Shown here: positions 29,098 to 37,958 of the stretch, one piece after another
How positions within the stretch are numbered: the stretch's first letter is position 1
Layout of the letters: each line of letters begins with the position of its first letter
Source of the DNA: an uncultured Bacteroidota bacterium
GTDB taxonomy: Bacteria > Bacteroidota > Bacteroidia > Bacteroidales > GWA2-32-17
DNA: 61,993 bases
Direction: 5' to 3'
Assembly (NCBI GenBank): GCA_903872185.1
Contig: CAIQJL010000092.1
Coordinates: 1 to 61,993 of the forward strand
The notes under the pieces: generated by a model
What the model saw: only the letters and a program-made list of their open reading frames with translations
Told to the model about the DNA's origin: nothing
Databases searched by the model: none
Position numbers and translations under genes: made by a program

Positions 29098-29348
29098 TGA
29101 TAAAGAAAGTTCTTTTAAGTAATTGGCATTTCATGCGAATTATTAGATTGGTAGCAGGTGTTTATTTTGCAATAAATGCAATTAAAACTCATGATACTAT
29201 TTCTGGAGTGATTGCAGTATTCTTGTTATTTCAGGCAATTACAAATACTGGATGCTGCGGTGTAAGCGGTTGCTCTACTTCACCAGTAAAATCAGACACA
29301 AATAATTCAACTGAAATAGAATTTGAAGAAATAAAACAAAAATCATGA
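29097..29348 (+). CDS. Small membrane protein (DUF2892-like) with a GCCG motif
   Basis: WHFMRIIRL; two TM segments; NTGCCGVSGC; EIEFEEI tail. Confidence 0.7.
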   Translation: MIKKVLLSNWHFMRIIRLVAGVYFAINAIKTHDTISGVIAVFLLFQAITNTGCCGVSGCSTSPVKSDTNNSTEIEFEEIKQKS

Positions 29349-29641
29349 CTACATTTTCAGAAATAATTAATCAAGATAAATTAACGTTGGTCGACTTTTC
29401 GGCAGAATGGTGTGGTCCATGTAAAATGATGAAACCCATTTTAAATGATTTAAAAAATAAAATAGGCGACAATGCAACAATTATAAAAGTTGATGTAGAC
29501 AAAAGTCCTAACGCAGCAGTTGAGTATAACATTAAAGGTGTTCCAACCTTAATACTTTTTAAAAACGGCGAAATAAAGTGGAGGCAATCAGGTGTTGTAC
29601 AGGCAAATATGTTAGAAATAATAATTAGTAATAATTTATAA
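29345..29641 (+). CDS. trxA: Thioredoxin
   Basis: DFSAEWCGPCK; cis-Pro GVPT. Confidence 0.92.
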   Translation: MTTFSEIINQDKLTLVDFSAEWCGPCKMMKPILNDLKNKIGDNATIIKVDVDKSPNAAVEYNIKGVPTLILFKNGEIKWRQSGVVQANMLEIIISNNL

Positions 29642-29645
29642 TAGA

Positions 29646-30359
29646 ATGAAAAAGTATTTAATATTAAGTAATATTATAATTGCATTTTTGATTATAAGTT
29701 GCGCTGATGGTCAAAATAAATCAACAAAAACAAGCCTTTCGGCTTCTGAGTTTTCTGAAAAAATTAAGCAAACTCCAAAAGCACCGGTAATTGATGTTAG
29801 AACTCCAGATGAATTTTCAAAAGGACATTTGAAATCTGCAAAAAACATAAATATAAACGGTAACGATTTTAATCAACAGATTTCAAAAATCGAAAAATCT
29901 AAACCAGTTTTTGTATATTGTTTAAGTGGCGCTAGAAGTTCATCAGCTGCAAGTTATATGCGCAGTTCGGGATTTAAAGAGGTTTACGAGCTTTCTGGTG
30001 GGATAATGAAATGGAGAGCAGCTAATTTGCCTGAAACGACTGAAAATGAAACTGCATCAGCCGGAATGACTAAAAAACAATACGATAATCTTTTAAATTC
30101 AAATAAACTTGTTTTGATTGACTTTTATGCAGATTGGTGTGCACCATGTAAAAAAATGAAACCATATTTAGAAGAGATCTCAAAAGAAATGGCAGACAAA
30201 GTTGTTGTTATTAGAATAAATGCTGATGACAATCAATCACTTTGTAAAGAACTACAAATTGATGCACTTCCTGTTTTATCACTTTATAAAAACAAAGCTC
30301 AAATCTGGACAAATAAAGGATATATCAGCAAAGAAGACGTTTTAAAACAGCTAAAATAA
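29646..30359 (+). CDS. Lipoprotein with fused rhodanese and thioredoxin domains
   Basis: Lipobox IISC; DVRTPDEF, YCLSGARS; DFYADWCAPCK. Confidence 0.88.
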   Translation: MKKYLILSNIIIAFLIISCADGQNKSTKTSLSASEFSEKIKQTPKAPVIDVRTPDEFSKGHLKSAKNININGNDFNQQISKIEKSKPVFVYCLSGARSSSAASYMRSSGFKEVYELSGGIMKWRAANLPETTENETASAGMTKKQYDNLLNSNKLVLIDFYADWCAPCKKMKPYLEEISKEMADKVVVIRINADDNQSLCKELQIDALPVLSLYKNKAQIWTNKGYISKEDVLKQLK

Positions 30360-30361
30360 AG

Positions 30362-30402
30362 TTTTAGACCTAACAAGTCTTAAAGACCTGTTAGGTCTAA
30401 AA
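30362..30402. repeat. REP-like palindrome, copy 2
   Basis: TTTTAGACCTAACAAGTCT-TAA-AGACCTGTTAGGTCTAAAA, 2 nt after the stop codon. Confidence 0.8.
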
Positions 30403-30495
30403 AGTTTAACCCTTCATCAAAAAAATTGTATTTTAAAATTTGAAGGTTGGTAAATGTAACTCGTTATTTATATTTTTGTAGTATTATTGTAAATA

Positions 30496-31716
30496 ATGAA
30501 TTACCAAACCTACACTTTAAAAAACGGACTTCGTTTAATTCATCAACAAACCGAGAGGCAAGTTGCTCATTGTGCTATAATTGTAAACACAGGTACAAGA
30601 GACGAACTTGAAAACGAACACGGCATTGCACATTTTCTTGAGCATATTGTTTTTAAAGGTACCAGTAAGCGAAAGGCATATCATATTATTAGCAGAATGG
30701 AGGATGTTGGTGGCGAAATTGATGCATACACTACCAAAGAAGAAACATGTATTTATGCATCTTTTTTAAGTCAATATTACGATCGCACAATGGAATTAAT
30801 TAGCGATATGATTTTTAATTCTTCATATCCCGAAAAAGAAATAATCCGCGAAAGAGAAGTAATTTTAGATGAAATAAATTCCTATAATGATAGTCCAGCC
30901 GAATTAATTTATGATGATTTTGAAGAACTTATTTTTGACGGGCATCCACTTGGCAGAAATATTTTAGGAACAAAAAAATCTTTAAAAAAATTCCGAGGAT
31001 CTGATTTTAGCGATTTTGCAAAAAGAACTTATAATACCGACCAAATGGTTTTTTGCTCAGTAGGTAATATAACATTTGAAAAAATAGTTAAGTACTTCGA
31101 AAAATATTTTGGTGAAATTCCTGCAAACCCCAGAAACTGGAAACGAAAATCTTTTAAAAATTTAACCCCTGTTCAAAAAATAATTTCAAAAAAAACTCAT
31201 CAGGCACATTGCATTATTGGAACAACAGCTTTTAATTTCAGAGATAAAAAACGACTCCCTTTTCTTTTATTAACTAATCTATTAGGCGGATCAGGGTTAA
31301 ATAGCAGATTAAATCTTTCGCTTCGCGAAAAAAACGGATTAGTTTATTACGTTGAATCTTCTTACACACCATATTTTGATACAGGAATTTTTAATATTTA
31401 TTTAGGTTGTGATAAGGATAAGCTTAACAAAGCGCAACATCTTATTAATAAAGAGATTTCCAAAATTAAAAATGATCTTCTTGGAATCAATCAACTACAA
31501 CGCGCTAAACAACAAATGACCGGTCAAATTGCGATTTCACTTGAGAACTCAGAAAATCTATTATTAAGCCTTGGAAAAAGTTATTTGCTCTATAATAAAG
31601 TTGACAGTATTGAAGTTGTTACCGAAAGAATTGAACAAATCACATCAAAAGACATTATGGAAGTTGCTAACGAAGTTTTCATAGAAGATAATTTTTCAAC
31701 TCTAATTTACAAATGA
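30496..31716 (+). CDS. M16 family zinc peptidase
   Basis: HFLEH (HxxEH), DAYTTKE, SRLNLSLREKNGLVY. Confidence 0.92.
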   Translation: MNYQTYTLKNGLRLIHQQTERQVAHCAIIVNTGTRDELENEHGIAHFLEHIVFKGTSKRKAYHIISRMEDVGGEIDAYTTKEETCIYASFLSQYYDRTMELISDMIFNSSYPEKEIIREREVILDEINSYNDSPAELIYDDFEELIFDGHPLGRNILGTKKSLKKFRGSDFSDFAKRTYNTDQMVFCSVGNITFEKIVKYFEKYFGEIPANPRNWKRKSFKNLTPVQKIISKKTHQAHCIIGTTAFNFRDKKRLPFLLLTNLLGGSGLNSRLNLSLREKNGLVYYVESSYTPYFDTGIFNIYLGCDKDKLNKAQHLINKEISKIKNDLLGINQLQRAKQQMTGQIAISLENSENLLLSLGKSYLLYNKVDSIEVVTERIEQITSKDIMEVANEVFIEDNFSTLIYK

Positions 31717-32351
31717 ATTTGAGCCGCGAAATTGAAGAATATATTCTGGGTTATTCTGAACCAGAACCAGATGTTTTGCGAGAACTAAACCGCGAAACAA
31801 ATATTCACATTTACCATCCTCGTATGCTTTCAGGCCATTTGCAAGGTAGGATATTAAAAATGTTAAGTTGTATGATAAAGCCTAAAAATGTTCTTGAAAT
31901 CGGAACATATACCGGGTATTCTGCAATTTGTTTGGCAGAGGGATTAGTGCCAGAAGGAAAAATTCAGACTATAGAAATTAACGACGAATTAGAGGATTTT
32001 ATCAGACCATATATTATTAAAGCCGGTTTTGAGAATAAGATCATATTGCATTTTGGTGATGCACTTAAAATTATTCCAACCTTAAATATAAATTTCGATT
32101 TAGTATTTATTGATGGTGATAAACGCGAATACATTGACTATTACAATTCTATTATTCAGAAGGTAATAAGTGGCGGTTATATAATTGCCGACAATGTTTT
32201 ATGGGATGGTAAAGTAATTGAAAACACAGCAAACATGGATGAACAAACTCTAGGTATAGTAAATTTTAACAAGATGATTCAAGAAGATAGCAGAGTTTCA
32301 AATGTGATTTTTCCAATTAGAGATGGAATGATGGTGATACAAAAACTTTAA
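31713..32351 (+). CDS. SAM-dependent O-methyltransferase (TrmR/CCoAOMT-like)
   Basis: LEIGTYTGYSA, FDLVFIDGDK, ADNVLWDG, PIRDG. Confidence 0.88.
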   Translation: MNLSREIEEYILGYSEPEPDVLRELNRETNIHIYHPRMLSGHLQGRILKMLSCMIKPKNVLEIGTYTGYSAICLAEGLVPEGKIQTIEINDELEDFIRPYIIKAGFENKIILHFGDALKIIPTLNINFDLVFIDGDKREYIDYYNSIIQKVISGGYIIADNVLWDGKVIENTANMDEQTLGIVNFNKMIQEDSRVSNVIFPIRDGMMVIQKL

Positions 32352-32361
32352 ACATTTTGTT

Positions 32362-32829
32362 ATGGAACCACAAGAATTCTTTAATACTTTTATAATAAAG
32401 CAATCTAAAAAACTAATAGAAAACGAATCTTATATAGCTGCAATAATTGTTTTAACAATTGGGGTTGAAGTAATGGGTGGCTTTTTTGACAAAAAACCTT
32501 TAAAGTCACCAAAGCAATCAAAAGCAAGATTTAAAACTGCAATTGAAAAACTTTTTGGTGGAAAATATGCTGCATTAAATAGAGATGATTCAATATATGA
32601 ATTACTCCGCAATCAATTAATTCACTCATTAACAACAGGAGGTAAATTGCATCTCTCAATCGAAAAACCACACTTATCAGAATATAATAGAACAATTATT
32701 TTTAACCCAAAAACATTTTTTGAAGACGTAAACAAAGCATATATTAAATTATCAGAAATGCTGGTATTGAATAAAGCATTTTCTAAACGTATTCCCGATA
32801 CCTCAATTGAATTAGCGCATTTTATATAG
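32362..32829 (+). CDS. Hypothetical helical protein with an R-x4-H (HEPN-like) motif
   Basis: LLRNQLIHS; helical layout; family not confirmed. Confidence 0.5.
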   Translation: MEPQEFFNTFIIKQSKKLIENESYIAAIIVLTIGVEVMGGFFDKKPLKSPKQSKARFKTAIEKLFGGKYAALNRDDSIYELLRNQLIHSLTTGGKLHLSIEKPHLSEYNRTIIFNPKTFFEDVNKAYIKLSEMLVLNKAFSKRIPDTSIELAHFI

Positions 32830-33122
32830 AATAATATTTTACAACATAAACTTGCTATTTTTTTGTTGTTGAATTATTAAACAAGCCATGCTTATTTTAT
32901 ATGTTATTAAACATCTTTGTTTATTGCATTTGTCATTGTATATAACGAAGATGGATTTGCATCATTCTTACTCATGTGACTGCATATATGCGCATTACGC
33001 ACGTTGATTTTATTCAAATATCTATAATTTATTGATTTTTAGTTAACCTTTTTTGTTACAAATTATGTTTTTAGATATTCAAAATAATCGTTAAAATATT
33101 TGCGATTAGTTTAAAATGATTA

Positions 33123-33130
33123 TAAATTTG
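33123..33130 (+). promoter_or_regulatory. Bacteroidota -7 element
   Basis: TAAATTTG upstream of the citrate synthase-mdh pair. Confidence 0.4.
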
Positions 33131-33234
33131 AGATGTCAAACTAGGTTTTAAAACATATTTGATTAAATTTCAAAAAATGACTCTAAAAACTTTTTATACT
33201 AATCAATTTTTTATAACAAATTAAAATTAAAATT

Positions 33235-34524
33235 ATGTCACTTTTAAAAGAAAAGCTTCGTACAATTTTTCCTCAACAGAAAGCGGAAATCGCCCAGATG
33301 CTTAAAGAACATGGCGACAAAGTGGTAGACAAAGTAACTCTTTCACAAGCCTATGGCGGCTTACGTGGTGTTAAAGGTCTTGTTTGCGACACATCAGAAG
33401 TACCACCAGACAAAGGATTAATTATCAGAGGATATGAATTAAAAACTATCACTGATAAATTACCTGAAGAAATATTATTCTTACTTCTTACAGGACAATT
33501 ACCAAATGCAGAAGAATTAAAAGATTTGCAAAATGAATTAAAAGCAAAATCAGAAGTTCCTGCATACGTGTGGAGTGTTATTGATGCAATGCCTGCTGAT
33601 TCTCATCCAATGACGATGTTTAATGCTGCAGTTCTTATTATGCAACGCGAGTCTGTTTTTGCAAAAAAATATGACGAAGGCATGAAAAAAGACGAATACT
33701 GGGATGCAACATATGAAGATGCAATGAATATTATTGCTACACTTCCTGCAATTGCTGCTTACGTATACAGAAAAAGATTTAACAAAGGTCCAAGAATCGA
33801 ACAAGATAAAAATGCTGACTGGTCAGGTAATTATGTTCACATGCTTGGTTTACCAAATGAAAATGACGAATTTGCTAAATTAATGAGATTATATTTGAAC
33901 TTACATAGCGACCATGAAGGTGGAAACGTAAGTGCATATTCATCTGCAACTATTAGCTCAGCATTATCAGATTTATATTATTCACTATCTGGTGGATTAA
34001 ACGGATTAGCTGGTCCATTACACGGTTTAGCAAATCAGGAATGTTTAGGGTGGGTACTTGAAACAATGGAAAAATTTAACGGCGCTCCAACTGAAGAACA
34101 GTTATTCAAATTTGCTCAGGATACATTAGAATCAGGTAAAGTTGTTCCAGGATACGGTCACGCTGTATTAAGAATTACCGACCCACGTTTTGATGCTTTC
34201 TTAGCTTTTGGAAAAGCTCATATGGCAAACGATCCAGTTTTCCAGACAGTAGAAAGAGTATTTAATACAGTTCCAAAAGTATTATCACAAGTACAAAAAA
34301 TTAAAGATCCTTGGCCAAATGTTGACGCTGGTTCTGGTGCTTTGTTATATCACTTTGGTTTAAAAGAATTCAGTTATTATACTGTTTTATTTAGTGTTTC
34401 AAGAGCTTTGGGTATTTGTGCTCAGGCAATTGTTTCAAGAGCTATGGGATATCCTATTACCCGTCCAAAATCATTGCCAACAGCTGGATACAAAAAAATA
34501 GTTTCAGCTACAGTAACTGCATAA
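33235..34524 (+). CDS. gltA: Citrate (Si)-synthase, eukaryote-like type
   Basis: GGLRGVKG, HSDHEGGNVSA, GLAGPLHGLANQE, VPGYGHAVLR, PWPNVDA. Confidence 0.93.
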   Translation: MSLLKEKLRTIFPQQKAEIAQMLKEHGDKVVDKVTLSQAYGGLRGVKGLVCDTSEVPPDKGLIIRGYELKTITDKLPEEILFLLLTGQLPNAEELKDLQNELKAKSEVPAYVWSVIDAMPADSHPMTMFNAAVLIMQRESVFAKKYDEGMKKDEYWDATYEDAMNIIATLPAIAAYVYRKRFNKGPRIEQDKNADWSGNYVHMLGLPNENDEFAKLMRLYLNLHSDHEGGNVSAYSSATISSALSDLYYSLSGGLNGLAGPLHGLANQECLGWVLETMEKFNGAPTEEQLFKFAQDTLESGKVVPGYGHAVLRITDPRFDAFLAFGKAHMANDPVFQTVERVFNTVPKVLSQVQKIKDPWPNVDAGSGALLYHFGLKEFSYYTVLFSVSRALGICAQAIVSRAMGYPITRPKSLPTAGYKKIVSATVTA

Positions 34525-34555
34525 ATAAACAATTTAAAATAACAATAAATACAAT

Positions 34556-35488
34556 ATGAAAATATCAGTAATTGGAGCTGGAAATGTTGGAGCAAGTTGT
34601 GCTCTAGAAGTAGCTCAAAGAGAAATTGCAACTGAAGTGATTCTTCTTGACATAAAAGAAAATTATGCGAACGGTAAAGCTCTTGACATGTGGCAAACTG
34701 CTTCTGTTGATGGATTCGACACAAGAGTTATTGGCGTAACAAATGACTATGCAAGAACAGCTAATTCAGAAATCGTTATCATTACTTCTGGAAAACCACG
34801 TTCACCAGGAATGAGTCGTGATGATTTAATAGCAACAAACGCAGATATCGTTAGAAGCGTTACAGAACAAGTTGTAAAACACTCACCAAAAGCAATTATT
34901 ATCATTGTTTCTAACCCTCTTGATGTAATGTCGTATTGCGCATTCCTTACCGCAAAAATTGATTCGAAAAGAGTTTTTGGAATGGCAGGTATTCTTGATA
35001 CCGCACGTTACAGAATGTTTTTATCTGAAGCATTAAATGTTTCTCATAAAGAAATTCAGGCAATTTTAATGGGTGGTCATGGTGACACAATGGTTCCACT
35101 TCCACGTTATACAACTGTAGCTGGAATTCCTGTAACAGAGCTTATCGAAAAAGATAAACTTGATGCTATTATTGACAGAACTAAAAAAGGTGGTGGAGAA
35201 ATTGTAAACCTTTTAGGAACTTCTGCATGGTATGCTCCTGCTGCTGCTGCTGCTCAAATGGCTGAAGCAATTATTAAAGATCAAAAACGTGTATTCCCAG
35301 TTTGCGCTTGGTTACAAGGCGAGTATGGTTTAAAAGATATTTATTTAGGAGTTCCTGTAGTACTAGGGAAAAATGGTATCGAAAAAATTATTGAATTAAA
35401 ATTAAATGAAGAAGAAACAGCATCACTTCACAGTTCTGCTAAAGCAGTTAAAGAAGTAATGGATGTTTATGATAAAATGACTGTTTAA
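34556..35488 (+). CDS. mdh: Malate dehydrogenase (LDH-like)
   Basis: GAGNVG, RSPGMSRDDL, VSNPLD, LDTAR, GGHGD, RTKKGGGEIV. Confidence 0.93.
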   Translation: MKISVIGAGNVGASCALEVAQREIATEVILLDIKENYANGKALDMWQTASVDGFDTRVIGVTNDYARTANSEIVIITSGKPRSPGMSRDDLIATNADIVRSVTEQVVKHSPKAIIIIVSNPLDVMSYCAFLTAKIDSKRVFGMAGILDTARYRMFLSEALNVSHKEIQAILMGGHGDTMVPLPRYTTVAGIPVTELIEKDKLDAIIDRTKKGGGEIVNLLGTSAWYAPAAAAAQMAEAIIKDQKRVFPVCAWLQGEYGLKDIYLGVPVVLGKNGIEKIIELKLNEEETASLHSSAKAVKEVMDVYDKMTV

Positions 35489-35509
35489 AAAACACGATTT
35501 TATAAAATT

Positions 35510-35545
35510 AAAAATGGGAAGCAAATATATTTGCTTCCCATTTTT
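35510..35545. terminator. Bidirectional intrinsic terminator
   Basis: 16-bp perfect stem AAAAATGGGAAGCAAA-TATA-TTTGCTTCCCATTTTT between convergent mdh and ackA. Confidence 0.88.
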
Positions 35546-35570
35546 CTTGTTAAATATTTTCGATTATAAA

Positions 35571-36773
35571 CTAATTTAATTTACTTACAATTTCAAAAGT
35601 ATCTCGTGCAATAACTAACTCTTCATTTGTTTCAACAACCATCACAGTTACCTTAGAATTGCTCTTTGTTAAAACACTTGTACCTCTCTTCCCTTTGTTT
35701 AATTCAAAATCAAAATCAACACCTAAATATTCTAACCCTTTACAAGTTTCTTGACGAGTATAATCATCATTTTCACCAATTCCACCGGTGAAGACAATTA
35801 AATCTACACCACCCATAGCTGCTGTATATGAACCAATATATTTCTTTACTCGATACGCATACATATTTAATGCAGTATTAGCTCTTTCGTTTCCTTCATT
35901 TTTTGCTGCTAATATTTCTCTCATATCTGACGAAACTCCAGTAACACCCAACATTCCACTATGCTTATTAATCAATGTATTTGCTGCATTTACCCCTATT
36001 TCTTCTTTTTGCATTATGTATGTAAGAATTCCAAGATCTAAATCTCCTGATCTTGTTCCCATTATTAATCCTTCAACCGGAGTAAATCCCATACTTGTGT
36101 CAATTGATTTACCATTCTTTATTGCAGTAATGGAAGCTCCATTACCTAAATGACAAGTAATAATTTTTATAGCATTAAAATCTTTATTTAAAATTTCACA
36201 CGCTTTCTTAGAAACATACATATGGCTTGTACCATGATATCCGTATTTTCTTATGCTATATTTTTTATATAGCGAATAAGGAATTGCATACATATATGCA
36301 AAATCGGGCATGGTTTGGTGGAATGCAGTGTCAAAAATCGCACATTGTGGTACACCTGGCAACAATGAGTTAATTGCATAAATACCTTTTAAATTTGGTG
36401 GATTATGCAATGGAGCAATTATAGAACATTCTTCAACTTTTTCAATTACTTCAGGGGTAATTAAAACGCTGGTTTGAAATTTTTCGCCACCATTTACTAC
36501 ACGATGACCTACAGCTTTTATTTCATCAAGACTACCTATCGATCCATGTTTTTTACTTGTTATAGTACCGAGCACATATTCTATCCCCTGTTGATGATCT
36601 AAAACTTCACCCTCTAACTTAACTTTATCTCCATCATTTCTTTCCTGTTTAAGAAAAGAACCTTTCATTCCTATTTTCTCAACTATTCCTTTAATTATTG
36701 CTTCCTCAGAAGGTAAATCGTATAATTGATATTTTATTGATGAGCTTCCGCAATTTAAAACTAAAATTTTCAT
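35571..36773 (-). CDS. ackA: Acetate kinase
   Basis: LNCGSSSIK, GHRVV, APLHNP, FDTAFH, HLGNGAS, MGTRSGD, FTGGIGEN, TNEEL. Confidence 0.96.
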   Translation of the reverse strand: MKILVLNCGSSSIKYQLYDLPSEEAIIKGIVEKIGMKGSFLKQERNDGDKVKLEGEVLDHQQGIEYVLGTITSKKHGSIGSLDEIKAVGHRVVNGGEKFQTSVLITPEVIEKVEECSIIAPLHNPPNLKGIYAINSLLPGVPQCAIFDTAFHQTMPDFAYMYAIPYSLYKKYSIRKYGYHGTSHMYVSKKACEILNKDFNAIKIITCHLGNGASITAIKNGKSIDTSMGFTPVEGLIMGTRSGDLDLGILTYIMQKEEIGVNAANTLINKHSGMLGVTGVSSDMREILAAKNEGNERANTALNMYAYRVKKYIGSYTAAMGGVDLIVFTGGIGENDDYTRQETCKGLEYLGVDFDFELNKGKRGTSVLTKSNSKVTVMVVETNEELVIARDTFEIVSKLN

Positions 36774-36788
36774 AATGATTTCTATTTA

Positions 36789-37769
36789 TTATAGATCAAT
36801 AATATGTAATTCGGCCTGTTTTGTAGAACGTTGTCCGTTTTTATCATAAGAATAAAATCCTTGCAACGTTTTCCTACCTAAATGATTTGCTCTAACCAAG
36901 CGTTTAATTAATGGTGATGTTTTATATTTCATAAAGCCAAATTCATCATAAAGATTATCCATCCAACTTTGAATTTTATCTAAACCTATTTTATCAGCAA
37001 GCTCGAAAGGACCAAGTATTAAACCAAAATAATTTTTCATTGTTAAATCGATACTTTCACGACTTCCTACACCTTCCATCAATACATCGCAAGCTTCGTT
37101 TATCATAGCTGATACAACTCTAACACTTATTAAACCTGGTGATTCTTCAACAAGAATTGGAGTTTTATTAATTAGCTTAACAAATTTCACTGCATTATCA
37201 TAATTATCAGAAGTAGTATGTAAACCCCTTACAACTTCAACAACTCTGGCATTAGGGTTGGTTGTTAAAAAATGAATCCCAATCGATCGATCTCTGTGCT
37301 GTAAAAATGAAGAAAGCTCTGTAATTATTGCAGCAGTGGTGTTAGTTGCAATAATACATTTATCACATACATTTTCTTCGATTTTAATAAAAATTGACTT
37401 CCGCGTTTCGAATAATAGTTCGTTTGATTTTGATTTTATGCATTCAATAACTAATTCGCATCCTTTTAAATCAATAAAATTTGTTGTTCCTTTAATTCTC
37501 GATAATACTAGTTTTTTTTCTCCCGAAGTCATCCCCCAGTGATCAATTTGTTTATCAAGATTTTTTTCAAGTTCACGAAATGAATGCCGAATTCTATCTT
37601 CGCTTAACTCTACAAAAACTACCTCCATCCCACTTTGACTTACAGCCAAAGAGATTTCGCGCCCAACCATTCCGCAACCAATAATACCAATTTTTGAAAA
37701 CTGATTTTTTGGTCTATCTTTTTGGCTTAAACCGTAATCTTCTATTTGTTCAACTAACAATTCTGACAT
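36789..37769 (-). CDS. 3-hydroxyacyl-CoA dehydrogenase family protein (divergent)
   Basis: GIIGCGMVG, VIECI, GIHF...VVEV, MINEA, GPFELADKIGLD, GRKT..GFY. Confidence 0.8.
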   Translation of the reverse strand: MSELLVEQIEDYGLSQKDRPKNQFSKIGIIGCGMVGREISLAVSQSGMEVVFVELSEDRIRHSFRELEKNLDKQIDHWGMTSGEKKLVLSRIKGTTNFIDLKGCELVIECIKSKSNELLFETRKSIFIKIEENVCDKCIIATNTTAAIITELSSFLQHRDRSIGIHFLTTNPNARVVEVVRGLHTTSDNYDNAVKFVKLINKTPILVEESPGLISVRVVSAMINEACDVLMEGVGSRESIDLTMKNYFGLILGPFELADKIGLDKIQSWMDNLYDEFGFMKYKTSPLIKRLVRANHLGRKTLQGFYSYDKNGQRSTKQAELHIIDL

Positions 37770-37958
37770 GATTAAATATTTTTTAATTTTAAACAGGTTC
37801 GAAATATAAAAATTCTGATTTGTTTTTCAGATGCGATTAAAATATCTATAGATTTTCTATAGATTTCAAAAGTTTAGAATGTTAAAATTACCCCCTTTTG
37901 TTTTTGAAATTAATGACAATTATCAAGTTTAAGTATCGCTTTTCACTGTTATTAAGCA

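Noticed and set aside
32830-33234. 400-bp gap upstream of citrate synthase with small palindromes (ATGCGCAT, GATG/CATC)
   Set aside because: No recognisable riboswitch or sRNA motif, and the ORFs I checked are only 7-22 codons. A covariance-model search would be needed.
35238-35255. GCT repeats in mdh
   Set aside because: Encodes the ordinary PAAAAA helix of LDH-like MDH.
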